Below, piece after piece: positions 40,242-51,750 of a DNA stretch of 60,267 bases. Position 1 is the first letter of the stretch; the number at the start of each line of letters is the position of its first letter. The notes under the pieces are model-generated. The model did not search any database. It saw nothing but the letters and a program-made list of their open reading frames with translations, and was not told where the DNA came from. The DNA comes from Girardia tigrina (taxonomy: Eukaryota). The translations under genes were made by a program, and so were the position numbers. The stretch covers positions 1 to 60,267 of the forward strand of contig MQRK01221906.1 in the NCBI GenBank assembly GCA_001938485.1, in the 5' to 3' direction.

Positions 40242-41076
40242 CAACTCGGCATTTTATAAAATTTATTAAATTAAAAAATTAAAACAAGGAAAAAATAAAA
40301 ACAATAGAAAACTTATCATTTTTGCATTGTTTTTTATACATAAAATAATTTTTTACATAAATGTTAATTTTTACCTTGAAAGAAAAAATCTTTTTACACG
40401 ATACTATTTGTATTTTTTTAGCATAAAATAAGTGTTATTTAATGTAGTAAAATGTTGTGGTACACAACAACATTAATGATTCTGATAACCAAAATAATTC
40501 CGTGAAAATCAATTTGGCAATCTCCAGTGATACTGTGACCCTCTGTGTGAGTAAAATTTATGAAGAGTTTGAAATTAAAATTATTAAAACTATCAATTTG
40601 ATATATAATTATTCGGGATTGTTCTATGTGGTCTAGGGAAATCGCATTCTACACTCAGAGCACTGTATACTGAAGTGGGAATATCTGTTTTTTTCATACC
40701 TTCCTGAAAATTTTAACAACTTCAGCAAGTTTGCCACAAAGATTATGGCAATATTTCGTTCAACATATGCTGGCGAACAGTTATTTTCTTTTATGAAACA
40801 AACAAAATCTTATCAGAGAACAAGACTGATTAATCACCATTTATTATCTTTGAACAAAGTAGGAACTGCGTTGTCGTTTCTGCCTTATATGCCAACAATT
40901 GTTAACAGAAATGGTGTCAAATCTCAGGATGAAAGACAAATATGATTCAATAAATTGACAGTAAATAAATTTTAATTTTTAATTGCCGTACCTTTGTTTA
41001 GTTGCTGTTGCACACTGCAAATATATATTGCTGTTACTTTACACCTTTTACAATTACAGTGTTTATTGTCTAGTAT

Positions 41077-41611
41077 TGTTGAGGTAATTATTAAAAATAA
41101 TAATAAAAGTAGTAAAAAATAGACTTTGTTTTAATTAATAAGATAAAATAAGATTTTATTTATCTTTTGATCAAATTAAATATAATTTATATATAAATAA
41201 TTAAATTAAGATTAGCTAGACAAGTAAACAAATAAGATTAGATAAAGAAATATTTATAAGAAAAAAATAATAAAACTATTTGAAGAAATAAATAAAGAAA
41301 AATAAAACGTAAAAGAAAAAGTATAAAAGGATGAGATTTTCAGTGAGAAAGAGCCCTTAATTAAATATCGAAAGCTAATAAGAAATCAAGAATAGCTAAA
41401 CAAATTAAAAGGTCAAGAAAGAATTTAATTGATCATCTGACCGTCTAGACAGAATCCAATTTGAATTAATTGAGCATATATATATATATATAAAGTTTTC
41501 GGTCAGAACTAACTCTAAACAAAAACACAAACGAAAATTCTGATTACCAGAGAAAAAGGAGTCAAAACTAGTGCAATCAAATAAAACTAAAAACAAAAGG
41601 TGTGATCATCA
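41077..41611 (+). repeat. AT-rich LTR-like repeat related to 50158-50782
   Basis: TG start; shared blocks (ttgttttaa, gataaaataa, tttatttatc; tataaaag.atgaga.ttt; ggtgtgat); no clean TSD. Confidence 0.4.
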
Positions 41612-41707
41612 TATTATTATATATTTTAAATAAAACATTTCTTTATATTAAAATTTGTTCGGGTAAAAGAATTCATTTTCCCGTTCTATCCAAATTATAA
41701 ATTATTA

Positions 41708-42973
41708 TTAGGTGTACAAGTATGAAATGCGGATTAAATTTTGAAAAGAAATACGTTAAAAACAAAAGAACGATAAAAAAAGCTTTATTCAAAATATGCT
41801 CCATTACTAATGATACATTTGTCCCTTCTATATCTCAAATTGTGGATACCTCGCCAGTAAAAGTCTTCCTTTTTTTCTATGAACCATTCATCGACCCATT
41901 TTTGTACATTTTCGTAAGAATCAAAGCGCTGCTGAGCAAGTGCGTGACCCATCGATGCAAACAAATGATAATCTGAAGGAGCCAAGTCTGGTGAATAAGC
42001 CGCACGAGGTAAAACTTCCCAATTCATTTCCTCCAACATGGCGCGAACCGGTTTTGATGTATGTGACGAAGCGTTGTCATTGAGAAGAATAACCTTGTGT
42101 TGCCTTTTGAGGTATTCAGGTCTTNNNNNNNNNNNNNNNNNNNNNNNNNNNNNNNNNNNNNNNNNNNNNNNNNNNNNNNNNNNNNNNNNNNNNNNNNNNN
42201 NNNNNNNNNNNNNNNNNNNNNNNNNNNNNNNNNNNNNNNNNNNNNNNNNNNNNNNNNNNNNNNNNNNNNNNNNNNNNNNNNNNNNNNNNNNNNNNNNNNN
42301 NNNNNNNNNNNNNNNNNNNNNNNNNNNNNNNNNNNNNNNNNNNNNNNNNNNNNNNNNNNNNNNNNNNNNNNNNNNNNNNNNNNNNNNNNNNNNNNNNNNN
42401 NNNNNNNNNNNNNNNNNNNNNNNNNNNNNNNNNNNNNNNNNNNNNNNNNNNNNNNNNNNNNNNNNNNNNNNNNNNNNNNNNNNNNNNNNNNNNNNNNNNN
42501 NNNNNNNNNNNNNNNNNNNNNNNNNNNNNNNNNNNNNNNNNNNNNNNNNNNNNNNNNNNNNNNNNNNNNNNNNNNNNNNNNNNNNNNNNNNNNNNNNNNN
42601 NNNNNNNNNNNNNNNNNNNNNNNNNNNNNNNNNNNNNNNNNNNNNNNNNNNNNNNNNNNNNNNNNNNNNNNNNNNNNNNNNNNNNNNNNNNNNNNNNNNN
42701 NNNNNNNNNNNNNNNNNNNNNNNNNNNNNNNNNNNNNNNNNNNNNNNNNNNNNNNNNNNNNNNNNNNNNNNNNNNNNNNNNNNNNNNNNNNNNNNNGGAC
42801 ATCTAAAACACAGAAATACAACAATTATTAAAACGCTTTATCAATTTATGAGTAACGTATGAGACACTACATAATTACTCAATATTATGACATCATCGCC
42901 TAACCATTGACCTACATTTTGCTTTGTGTACAATCCGTTTTCTGAAATCCACATTTCATACTTGTACACCTAA
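41708..42973 (-). mobile_element. Full-length (~1.27 kb) mariner element, Mos1/mauritiana-like
   Basis: 28-bp TIR ttaggtgtacaagtatgaaatgcggatt and its reverse complement; TA TSD; transposase WEVLPRAAYSPDLAPSDYHLFASMGHAL; centre is an N gap. Confidence 0.95.
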
Positions 42974-43042
42974 TAATATAGGATTAAGTCCTCTCTAAAT
43001 ATTTTTGAATTTGATAAATATTTGTAAATAGTGTACTATAAA

Positions 43043-43533
43043 TAGGGTTGCCAGTTGAAACTTCGAAGAATACCGGACAAAATTCAAAAATAAAACAACA
43101 AAATTTTATTTTCCATATATTTTTATTTATTATTTTTGGTTCTTTTTATATTTTTCATTCTGCGATGTAGCTTTTAGCAGTTTTTTATTTTTAGAAAATA
43201 TTTCTCTTATATTTTGGCATGTATAAGGAATATTAAAGAAGATACAAAGTTCTTAATACTTTAATATTTTGTATTTCGTATTAAACCAAAATAAATTTTT
43301 CCATAGCCCACTACGATAAAAAAATTACCATTTAGGAATGTTTATTTGTCCTTCAAAACTTTGAGCGACCAAAAAAATAAAAAAATAAGAATACCTCATA
43401 TTCGAAGATTGTGGAAATAAGCTTTGGGAGAAATACCGTCAAATGTAAGTCCGGTTTTTATAATTTTTTTATACCTAACAACCAGTTGAATTAACGGACT
43501 GTCCGGTTCAAAACCGGACATCTGGCAACCTTA
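43043..43533. mobile_element. hAT (Tip100-like) MITE
   Basis: TIR tagggttgccag / ctggcaacctta; perfect 8-bp TSD actataaa. Confidence 0.9.
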
Positions 43534-44298
43534 ACTATAAATAAAATATTTAAAACACAATTTTTAAATAATCTTATTCTTTTTAATTTCTATATTTAAA
43601 TTTAACATCACATCGATACCCCAACAGTATTTTATTTTTTGCGAACAACTTCATATCTTGTTTTCATGACTGCAGTGAAAAAACAAATGTAAAATTAGCT
43701 ACTATGTGCGGCCCTCACAACCAAATTTTGTTACTCATGGGGCCCTCGGAGTGCCTCAGTTTAAGATGCCTGCAATATATCATTTAAAATTGAAAACTTT
43801 TCATTTTTCTAACGATTGGGTAGAAACCTAACTCGTTTGGTTATTCAATATAATAACGATATCAATAGTCTGACTAAATCGAACAATAATGGTTCCTCCC
43901 GGATTTGAAGGAATTTGATATTCCGAGAATTTTTATAAAATTCCTGACGATTTTAATGAATTTGATTCTGTTTAGCACTTTCAAATAATGAACTAAAGTA
44001 ACATCTCAAAATTGTATTATAGTGAAATCAGTGAAATTAAAAATGGGTCTATGAAAATAGTTTCGCTTCAATCGAAAATTCAAATTATTCAAACAAATAT
44101 AATCAAATTTCGATCTACCGGACATTAATGGTGTATCTGATGAATTGTGTTAATGAGTTCGATGCATGTGAGTCCAAAAAACTACTATATGTACTATAAA
44201 ACTTTAAGTACAATCAACGAACGGATATATAATCATTTAATTTATTCGAACTCGCCATAAAATTTTATATTACAAAGAGAACGAAATCTTATTCAAAT

Positions 44299-44490
44299 TG
44301 CGTAGTTATGATGCTGCCAAATGATATGATCATGGGTTTAATTGGTAGAGGTGGCAGTAAGACTGACGAGATTAGATCGTTTCCTAAAGTGTTTATCAAG
44401 ATTAGGATGAGTAATGGTGAAATAAAAATTGTCGTTCTCTACTGCATAGGAACACCCCGAAGACGTTACAGTGCCGCAACCACATAACTG
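44299..44490 (+). pseudogene. KH domain fragment (PCBP/hnRNP-K-like)
   Basis: CVVMMLPNDMIMGLIGRGGSKTDEIRSFPKVFIKI...GTP carries the KH GxxG signature (cf. IPNDLIGCIIGR.G.KINEIR); frameshift after GTP. Confidence 0.75.
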
Positions 44491-44867
44491 CATATGCCTT
44501 GCTAAAATCATTATCATTTCAGGCAAAAGAGCGTGATTATAGTGCTCTGGCGATAGTAGGCTCGTCACGGATGTGGGTAAATGTTTTTGATATTCAAATC
44601 CTACACCGCCAGATAGCAAAGTTTTTCAGAATTTTTGCGTGGCTTCCTTTGAAGAATGATGTGATTTTTTTGTTTTTATTAGATGAAATCTCGGACCGTT
44701 AAAAAGTGCAAAATTCAAATAACGGATCACTGGGTTCTAAAACAAGGTCCATAACCGAATTATGGTTCGTCCTTCGTGGTTTACTGTTTGGTGTTTGTAA
44801 GTATGGCTCTTCTGGAAGTTTGTTTCGTGGAAATACCGAAGTTGGATTGAGAGAGCTTCTCTTACCC

Positions 44868-45080
44868 ACTAAAATATTTATTGTAACGCTGACCAAGAAG
44901 ACCACCGTATTAGACATCAATTTGAATGACACAATCGGAAATTTCAAAGTGAAACTCTAGAACAATGAAATAATTCCTACTGTCGACAAAAGATTGATAT
45001 TCGACAGGAAACAATTAACAGACGAACGGTTGATGCCAGATTAAAATATTCAACATCGATCGACATTTCATCTGATCTAA
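44868..45080 (+). pseudogene. Degenerate ubiquitin/ubiquitin-like domain
   Basis: TKIFIVTLTKKTTVLDINLNDTIGNFKVKL*NNEIIPTVDKRLIFDRKQLTDERLMPD*NIQHRSTFHLI* aligns without gaps to ubiquitin 1-71; stops fall at Q31, Y59 and L71. Confidence 0.85.
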
Positions 45081-46532
45081 CAATAAAAAACAAAGTAATG
45101 ATGAAAATTCCAAAGTTCAATAGGAAGAAAAAAAATTCAAATTGGTTTAGAAAAGACATCTAAAAAGGAAATGAAACTAGGCTATAGAGAGTTAAAGATT
45201 AATTCCGGATGACGAAAAAATTTTGAGCAGTATTACTTGGAATTCGAAAAGACATTGGAGAATTTCAGAAATCTTATAACTCTAAGAGAAGAGTTAGAAT
45301 ATGACGATGAAGAAATATAACTATCCGAAGAAAGTTCGATGAATTACAAGGAAGTTTTGAAAGCCAAATGTCGTGTTCCCCCCTTTTAACAACATTTTGC
45401 ACGCTCAGAGCTCCCATCTGTTTCAGAGTTCAACGGCAACTCCATCAAGTGATATTGGCTCTAAGGTCATTCAAGAAATTTGATTGTAATCCCAACGAAC
45501 AAAGAGAGCCTGGAGGAAATAAACGTCGGTCTGCCCGCGTGTCCCTTGCATGCTACGGCCAGTCTACGTCATTACCAGAAGGTTCTTCGTCGTCCCTCAA
45601 CTCACCTAAGTATAATTTATTAAATTCAACCTTACTCGAAATCAACACTGTTTTGTAAATATTATATAAAATGTTTGAAGAAGGGGTTTTGTTATATTCA
45701 CCGACGTGTAAATTAATCTTTTATTAATAAATTAATTTGGACGTGGTCTAAAGAAACGATTATGCCGATAATGTTCAATGATCTATTTGTGATTCTCTAT
45801 TTCCACTCAATATAATTCATCGAACTGTCCGAGTGACATTATTTTATCTTTTCTCTACTTTATCTTTTCATTATCTGCTTATCATCACATTATTTGTTGG
45901 TTACATAATTCATTAGTAAGACATGAATATCATCGATCATCACATTGACAAGACATGTTCCTGCTTTAAACTTCTGTAACACGACAACGTTTCTTTTAGA
46001 GTTAATAAGATTGAACATAATTTACGAACCTCAGATAGACTCTATTAAAAGATTCCTCTCGTGAACAAAATCACTATCAGCTTCAGTATAAGACGTTGAT
46101 TCTCTATGCTTTATTTGTCCAAAATAAATTTCAGAGACAGTCAATCAAAGGCATAAGAGCAAACGTTATAATCATTCAGTTAATGATTCATCCTTTCACA
46201 GACATTTTAAACATAATCTAATTTTATTTTCGACACCCAATTCAATTATAACCGTTAATTTATCCAATTTATTATTTACAAAATATATATGCGATTGATC
46301 GATGAAACAAGTTTTAAAGCATCATCATTAAACTCTATTGTTGTAGCAGAATTACCAACGATTATACATTACGTTAACGATTTCATTAAAATAAAATAAT
46401 AAAGAATTGTATTAATATATCATAAATTGTATTACTAAATAATTGTACCATTAATCATTATTATTATTATTATAATTATTATATTTGCAGACTTTATTTG
46501 AACTAATCATTATAAATTTCGTTACTCTAATT

Positions 46533-46990
46533 CAGTGGTTCTCAACCCGTGTTCCGCGGCACATCAGTGTTCCGCGAATCCGCTTTCAGTGTTCCGCGAA
46601 AATATCTACATTTTATCTTTAAATTTGCATTTAAGATACAAATCANNNNNNNNNNNNNNNNNNNNNNNNNNNNNNNNNNNNNNNNNNNNNNNNNNNNNNN
46701 NNNNNNNNNNNNNNNNNNNNNNNNNNNNNNNNNNNNNNNNNNNNNNNNNNNNNNNNNNNNNNNNNNNNNNNNNNNNNNNNNNNNNNNNNNNNNNNNNTTG
46801 TAATGTGCGTTTATATTTAATATCTTCAATACCATTTATTAATAAAGGATGGTTCAAAAGTCGTTTCATTATTCAAAAACGAAATAATACGTTCGATAGA
46901 GAATTTTTCAATGAATTTATTGTCAGTGTTCCGCGTAAAAAAATTCATGTGAATTGTGTTCCGCGTTTTTAAATTAGTTGAGAACCACTG
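46533..46990. mobile_element. hAT (Charlie-like) MITE
   Basis: TIR cagtggttctcaac / gttgagaaccactg; perfect 8-bp TSD ctctaatt; subterminal gtgttccgcg repeats. Confidence 0.92.
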
Positions 46991-47460
46991 CTCTAATTGA
47001 TAATTCCCTAAAGTTAATGATTAGGTTATCGAGATGAATTCCTTTATATACATCATACTAAAATCATAAACAAATCCCATATTAAAATTCGACTCACTAT
47101 GTCATTTCGTGAGGAGAAACGTTAAGAAGGGTTAATCTCAACTTCAAACTCTCTTCACTATCCGTTTGATCATTTATCTGGATGGGTGCTCAACTTCTCC
47201 ATATTCCTCCGTCGCATCATTTTTCATCCTCAATTACTACGTCTCTAAATTCTCCCTATTTGCATCATCACAATATTCATAGCAACTCTGAATGACGACC
47301 TCAAGCTAATAAATTTCTCTACCCCCCATTCTGCGTCTTCACTTCTTATTTTTTATCGATTCTCAGGATCTTCACATCACAACTCCCCTTGCTAACCCAT
47401 CTTACAGCGACGAATCTCTCTGACTGGTGGGTCTCCCATCTCTTTCAATTGTATTGAGCC

Positions 47461-49950
47461 TAAGGCTCTTTAGAGGGTCAACCCAAACTAAAGTCCTTAA
47501 GGGCCCCCCGATAGGCCTCCTACGGGGTCAGTGTCCTTCTGCCTGCGAGCGATCGGTTTTCCAGTTGCAAAAGACCAGCCATGGAATTTGGTGCCATGGC
47601 CATACATACCTTTGGCGGTTACGGTGGACGCGTAACATCCTCTGAATGGGCACTGGAAATGTCCTTTTGCTTTTGCATAATTGGCTGGCAATCGGTATTG
47701 TCGGTGCGGCGATTCTTCGCGAGTATATGTAGTGTTGTCTTCTGTCTGGATCCTCGGCGTGCCCATAGTTGCTTCCGGTAACTGGGGGTTGGATTGAATT
47801 GTTGTCGGCTCTTCCTCTCTCACGATGACCAAATTATCTTCCTGCTGGGCGTTTGGTTGTTCTGACTCTTCTCTGTGATTCTTCTGGATATGGATTTTCA
47901 GGAAACCTGCAGTTTTGTATTCTTTGGGGCACTGCAGGCATTTGTAGACTCCTTTTTTCTGTCGCGGCTGGGCTTTCTTTTCTCTCTGTCTCCTCGGGAT
48001 GGGATCTGCTCCTTCATGGTCTCTTCTGAGATGCCTGTTTAGCTCCTTCACCTCTGCATACTGCTTGTAACAGGCATCCATCGGGCAACTGTGCTCTTTT
48101 AGACGGGGCAACACTAGTCTTAGTGGCTTCTCGTCTCCGCTCCTGCTGATCTTCTTGAGTCTGTAGATCTTCTCCATCTTCGCATCCGTTGTTGACAGGT
48201 TCTCCAGCTGAATGTCTCTTTTAAACTCCTCAACACTGTAATTGTNNNNNNNNNNNNNNNNNNNNNNNNNNNNNNNNNNNNNNNNNNNNNNNNNNNNNNN
48301 NNNNNNNNNNNNNNNNNNNNNNNNNNNNNNNNNNNNNNNNNNNNNNNNNNNNNNNNNNNNNNNNNNNNNNNNNNNNNNNNNNNNNNNNNNNNNNNNNNNN
48401 NNNNNNNNNNNNNNNNNNNNNNNNNNNNNNNNNNNNNNNNNNNNNNNNNNNNNNNNNNNNNNNNNNNNNNNNNNNNNNNNNNNNNNNNNNNNNNNNNNNN
48501 NNNNNNNNNNNNNNNNNNNNNNNNNNNNNNNNNNNNNNNNNNNNNNNNNNNNNNNNNNNNNNNNNNNNNNNNNNNNNNNNNNNNNNNNNNNNNNNNNNNN
48601 NNNNNNNNNNNNNNNNNNNNNNNNNNNNNNNNNNNNNNNNNNNNNNNNNNNNNNNNNNNNNNNNNNNNNNNNNNNNNNNNNNNNNNNNNNNNNNNNNNNN
48701 NNNNNNNNNNNNNNNNNNNNNNNNNNNNNNNNNNNNNNNNNNNNNNNNNNNNNNNNNNNNNNNNNNNNNNNNNNNNNNNNNNNNNNNNNNNNNNNNNNNN
48801 NNNNNNNNNNNNNNNNNNNNNNNNNNNNNNNNNNNNNNNNNNNNNNNNNNNNNNNNNNNNNNNNNNNNNNNNNNNNNNNNNNNNNNNNNNNNNNNNNNNN
48901 NNNNNNNNNNNNNNNNNNNNNNNNNNNNNNNNNNNNNNNNNNNNNNNNNNNNNNNNNNNNNNNNNNNNNNNNNNNNNNNNNNNNNNNNNNNNNNNNNNNN
49001 NNNNNNNNNNNNNNNNNNNNNNCCTGATAGCCCATCCTTGACTGCTGTCTTGATCGCACAGTCAAAGACAAGATTGAATAATAGTGGTCCTAGTACGCAA
49101 CCCTGTCGCACTCCTTTGTCCATTTGAAAGGCTTCCTTTCCAATACTACCCGTGAAGGTTTCGTGGAACTTCATGATGGCGCTTAGCATATGTCCTTGTA
49201 CCCCAATTCCTTGAAGGAAGTCCCAGAGAACTTTTCTGGGGACACTGTCAAAAGCCTTCTCAAGGTCGATAAATATTGCGTAGATATTCTTGCTTCGGTA
49301 TCTTGCCTCCTCTTGTATCTTTCTGATGATACCTATCACTTGTGCTGTACTTCTTTTCGGCCTGAAGCCGAACTGCCAATCGTCCAGTATCCTCTCAAGA
49401 TGTGGTATCAGCCGGTTTGCTATGATTCGAGCCATTATCTTTCGCCTACATCAAGTAGGAAAATTCCTCTGTAATTGTTCAAATCCTTTTTGGATCCTTT
49501 TCCTTTGTAAAGAATAACGACTTTTGCCGTTTTCCATGCTTTGGGGAACTCTGCTCTTCCCTCCCAAATGGCTTCGAAACATTGCATGATCTTGATTGTT
49601 AACTGGTGGCCTCCCCACTTGAATAACTCTGGGATGATACCGTTGTTCCCAGCAGCCGTGCNNNNNNNNNNNNNNNNNNNNNNNNNNNNNNNNNNNNNNN
49701 NNNNNNNNNNNNNNNNNNNNNNNNNNNNNNNNNNNNNNNNNNNNNNNNNNNNNATAGTCTCCTTCATTCTTTTTGAATAGGTTCGAAAAGTGTTCTGCCA
49801 ACACTTTATCCTTGACACTACTTTGCACTGAGCAGAGAGAGGATTCCTTTGTTTCGCTGTTGCATAAGACTCTGAGTTCCGTGTATAGCTCTCTGACTGG
49901 TAAGGGGCACCACACCTGATCGCCTCTCCTCTCTTTTGTGACATCACGAG
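47461..49950 (-). mobile_element. 5'-truncated non-LTR retrotransposon (RTE-like RT) with three C-terminal C2H2 fingers
   Basis: AAGNNGIIPELFK, WKTAKVVILYKGKG..NYRGIFLL, QFGFRPKRST, FIDLEKAFDSV, GVRQGCVLGPLLF; tail with CPMDAC..H..H, CLQC..H..H and CPFRGC..H..H; partly gapped. Confidence 0.9.
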
Positions 49951-50157
49951 TACTTTAAAAAATAGGATAATAAATAGCATAAATCCAGAATACGAAAATG
50001 AGAAGTAAAATATATTAAATCGCAACAATTAGAGATAATTCGTATAAAACGAAAATAGTTCAAATCGATTTCCAAGAATAGACAATTGTAAAACTAAAAT
50101 TATTCAAGTCAAATTCCAATGACAGACAATTATAAACTAAAATGATTTAATTAATAT

Positions 50158-50782
50158 TGTTAGGTATATATAAAAAAATATAAATTAAAAATAAAAGTAT
50201 TTTGTTTTAATAAATTGATAAAATAAAACTTTATTTATCCTTTTACAATATTAATTATAAATTATATATAAATAATTAGATTTAATTTAATTAAAGATAT
50301 AAATAATTAAGATTGGAATAACAAGCATTTATAGTATAAAGGTAAATAGAATTTTAAATTAGATAAATAAGAAAGTTTTATACATCAGAAAAGCTATAAA
50401 AGAATGAGAGTTTTAAGAGAAAGAAAGCAGTTTTAATTATATTTTATAGTTAATTAAAGAAAAGGGAAACGCCCAAATTTTGGAAGCAGTTTTAATTATA
50501 TTTTTTTAGAAAAGGGAAACGCCCAAATTTTATTTGTAATTAACAGTTGTTTTAAAGAAAGAACTTAGACAGCTGATTTTAACATTTAAGAAGAAATCGA
50601 ACAATCAAGTTATTGAATTTAGACAGCTGTTAAGAAGAGATCTTAACGCAAACAGAACAATAGATTGATTATGTTGGGTGTGATATTATTAATGCTGGAT
50701 TTTATATTATTATTTTTTTTATTAATTCAAATTTGTGTGTTTCATGTTATGCTTTAGCATCTTAGTTTATTTTGACCCAACA
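50158..50782 (+). repeat. AT-rich LTR-like repeat related to 41077-41611
   Basis: TG...CA; shared blocks with 41077-41611; internal duplicate aaagggaaacgcccaaatttt. Confidence 0.4.
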
Positions 50783-51146
50783 TATTATTTAGATATGTCT
50801 CTCCNNNNNNNNNNNNNNNNNNNNNNNNNNNNNNNNNNNNNNNNNNNNNNNNNNNNNNNNNNNNNNNNNTTTTATCTCGCCAGTGAAGTCGATGAAGTAC
50901 CTATTGGGTTCTACATTATATTTAAATATATTAAGTCTATGAAAGTCGGCTTATGCTACTTCTATTTAATTAATGATCATCTTATTTTTTTAACATGTTT
51001 TTTTTATTACTATATTTCTTATTATAAGTTTATCATTTTCTCATCAGAGATTTAAGTTAAAAGAACATGAACAAATTATATGTTTACATTGTTTATTAAA
51101 ATATAACAAAAGAAAAGACTAATCAAAGGCAATCCATCCATCGTCC

Positions 51147-51620
51147 CTAATCATCCGAATCTGATAGATTAACAAATTCTTCACCATGAACGGTTGTGAT
51201 AGATCGGAACTGTAAACGGTCACGAATCTCCTTCTGAATTTCAAGTTTTGACTTAAAGTCCAGCCATTCTTGTTGTTCAATAGTCTCTTGAAATTTATTT
51301 GTTGGAAGAAGCAGCGAAATTTGATGCGAGGTATCAAAATCAGGAGACTCTCTTTGACTGGTGTCATTTCTGATTATCGTCTTTCCATCTTGGACGTCAG
51401 CCTCAACACAACTGGTCTTAAAAATAGCTTGCAGCTCATTCTTGGCTTGTTGAAACATTTGAGCCTTCCGCTTCCTCTGCTCCCACCGCTTCTGTGATCT
51501 GCTGAGCACCCCAGAGGAAGATGATGTCATATCATCTTTCATAATTGACCCATAGATGTTCGGGTTCGTCACCAGAGGCTTCTTCTTTGTATTTGATCCG
51601 ATTTTGTTTGCCGTTTCCAT
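51147..51620 (-). CDS. Orphan 157-aa intronless ORF with a basic, NLS-like patch
   Basis: Intact ORF with higher GC than its flanks; SQKRWEQRKRK; no family recognised. Confidence 0.5.
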   Translation of the reverse strand: METANKIGSNTKKKPLVTNPNIYGSIMKDDMTSSSSGVLSRSQKRWEQRKRKAQMFQQAKNELQAIFKTSCVEADVQDGKTIIRNDTSQRESPDFDTSHQISLLLPTNKFQETIEQQEWLDFKSKLEIQKEIRDRLQFRSITTVHGEEFVNLSDSDD

Positions 51621-51672
51621 CGGATAATTATAAATTATCATTATAATGTTTTATTTTTTGTTTTTTTATATT

Positions 51673-51750
51673 TAGGGAGTTTTTCCATCGCCTGCCTCGG
51701 TGCCGGTGCAATGAATAGGCCCGAGGCTGACGCGAAGGAAAAACTCACTA
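51673..51750. other. 78-nt GC-rich long hairpin
   Basis: tagggagtttttcc/ggaaaaactcacta, tcgc/gcga, gcctcgg/ccgaggc and gcc/ggc are nested. Confidence 0.75.

Larger units (their letters stand above)
40690..43772 (+). mobile_element. 3' part of a Buster/Charlie-type hAT element, broken by nested insertions
   Basis: IMAIFRSTYAGEQLFSFMKQTKSYQRTRL dimerisation motif (40745-40945); candidate terminus ...gcggccc...agtttaagatgcctg at 43772. Confidence 0.6.

Noticed and set aside
42024-49071. Long ORF-track entries made of X residues
   Set aside because: Artefacts of N gaps; only the flanking translated parts were used.
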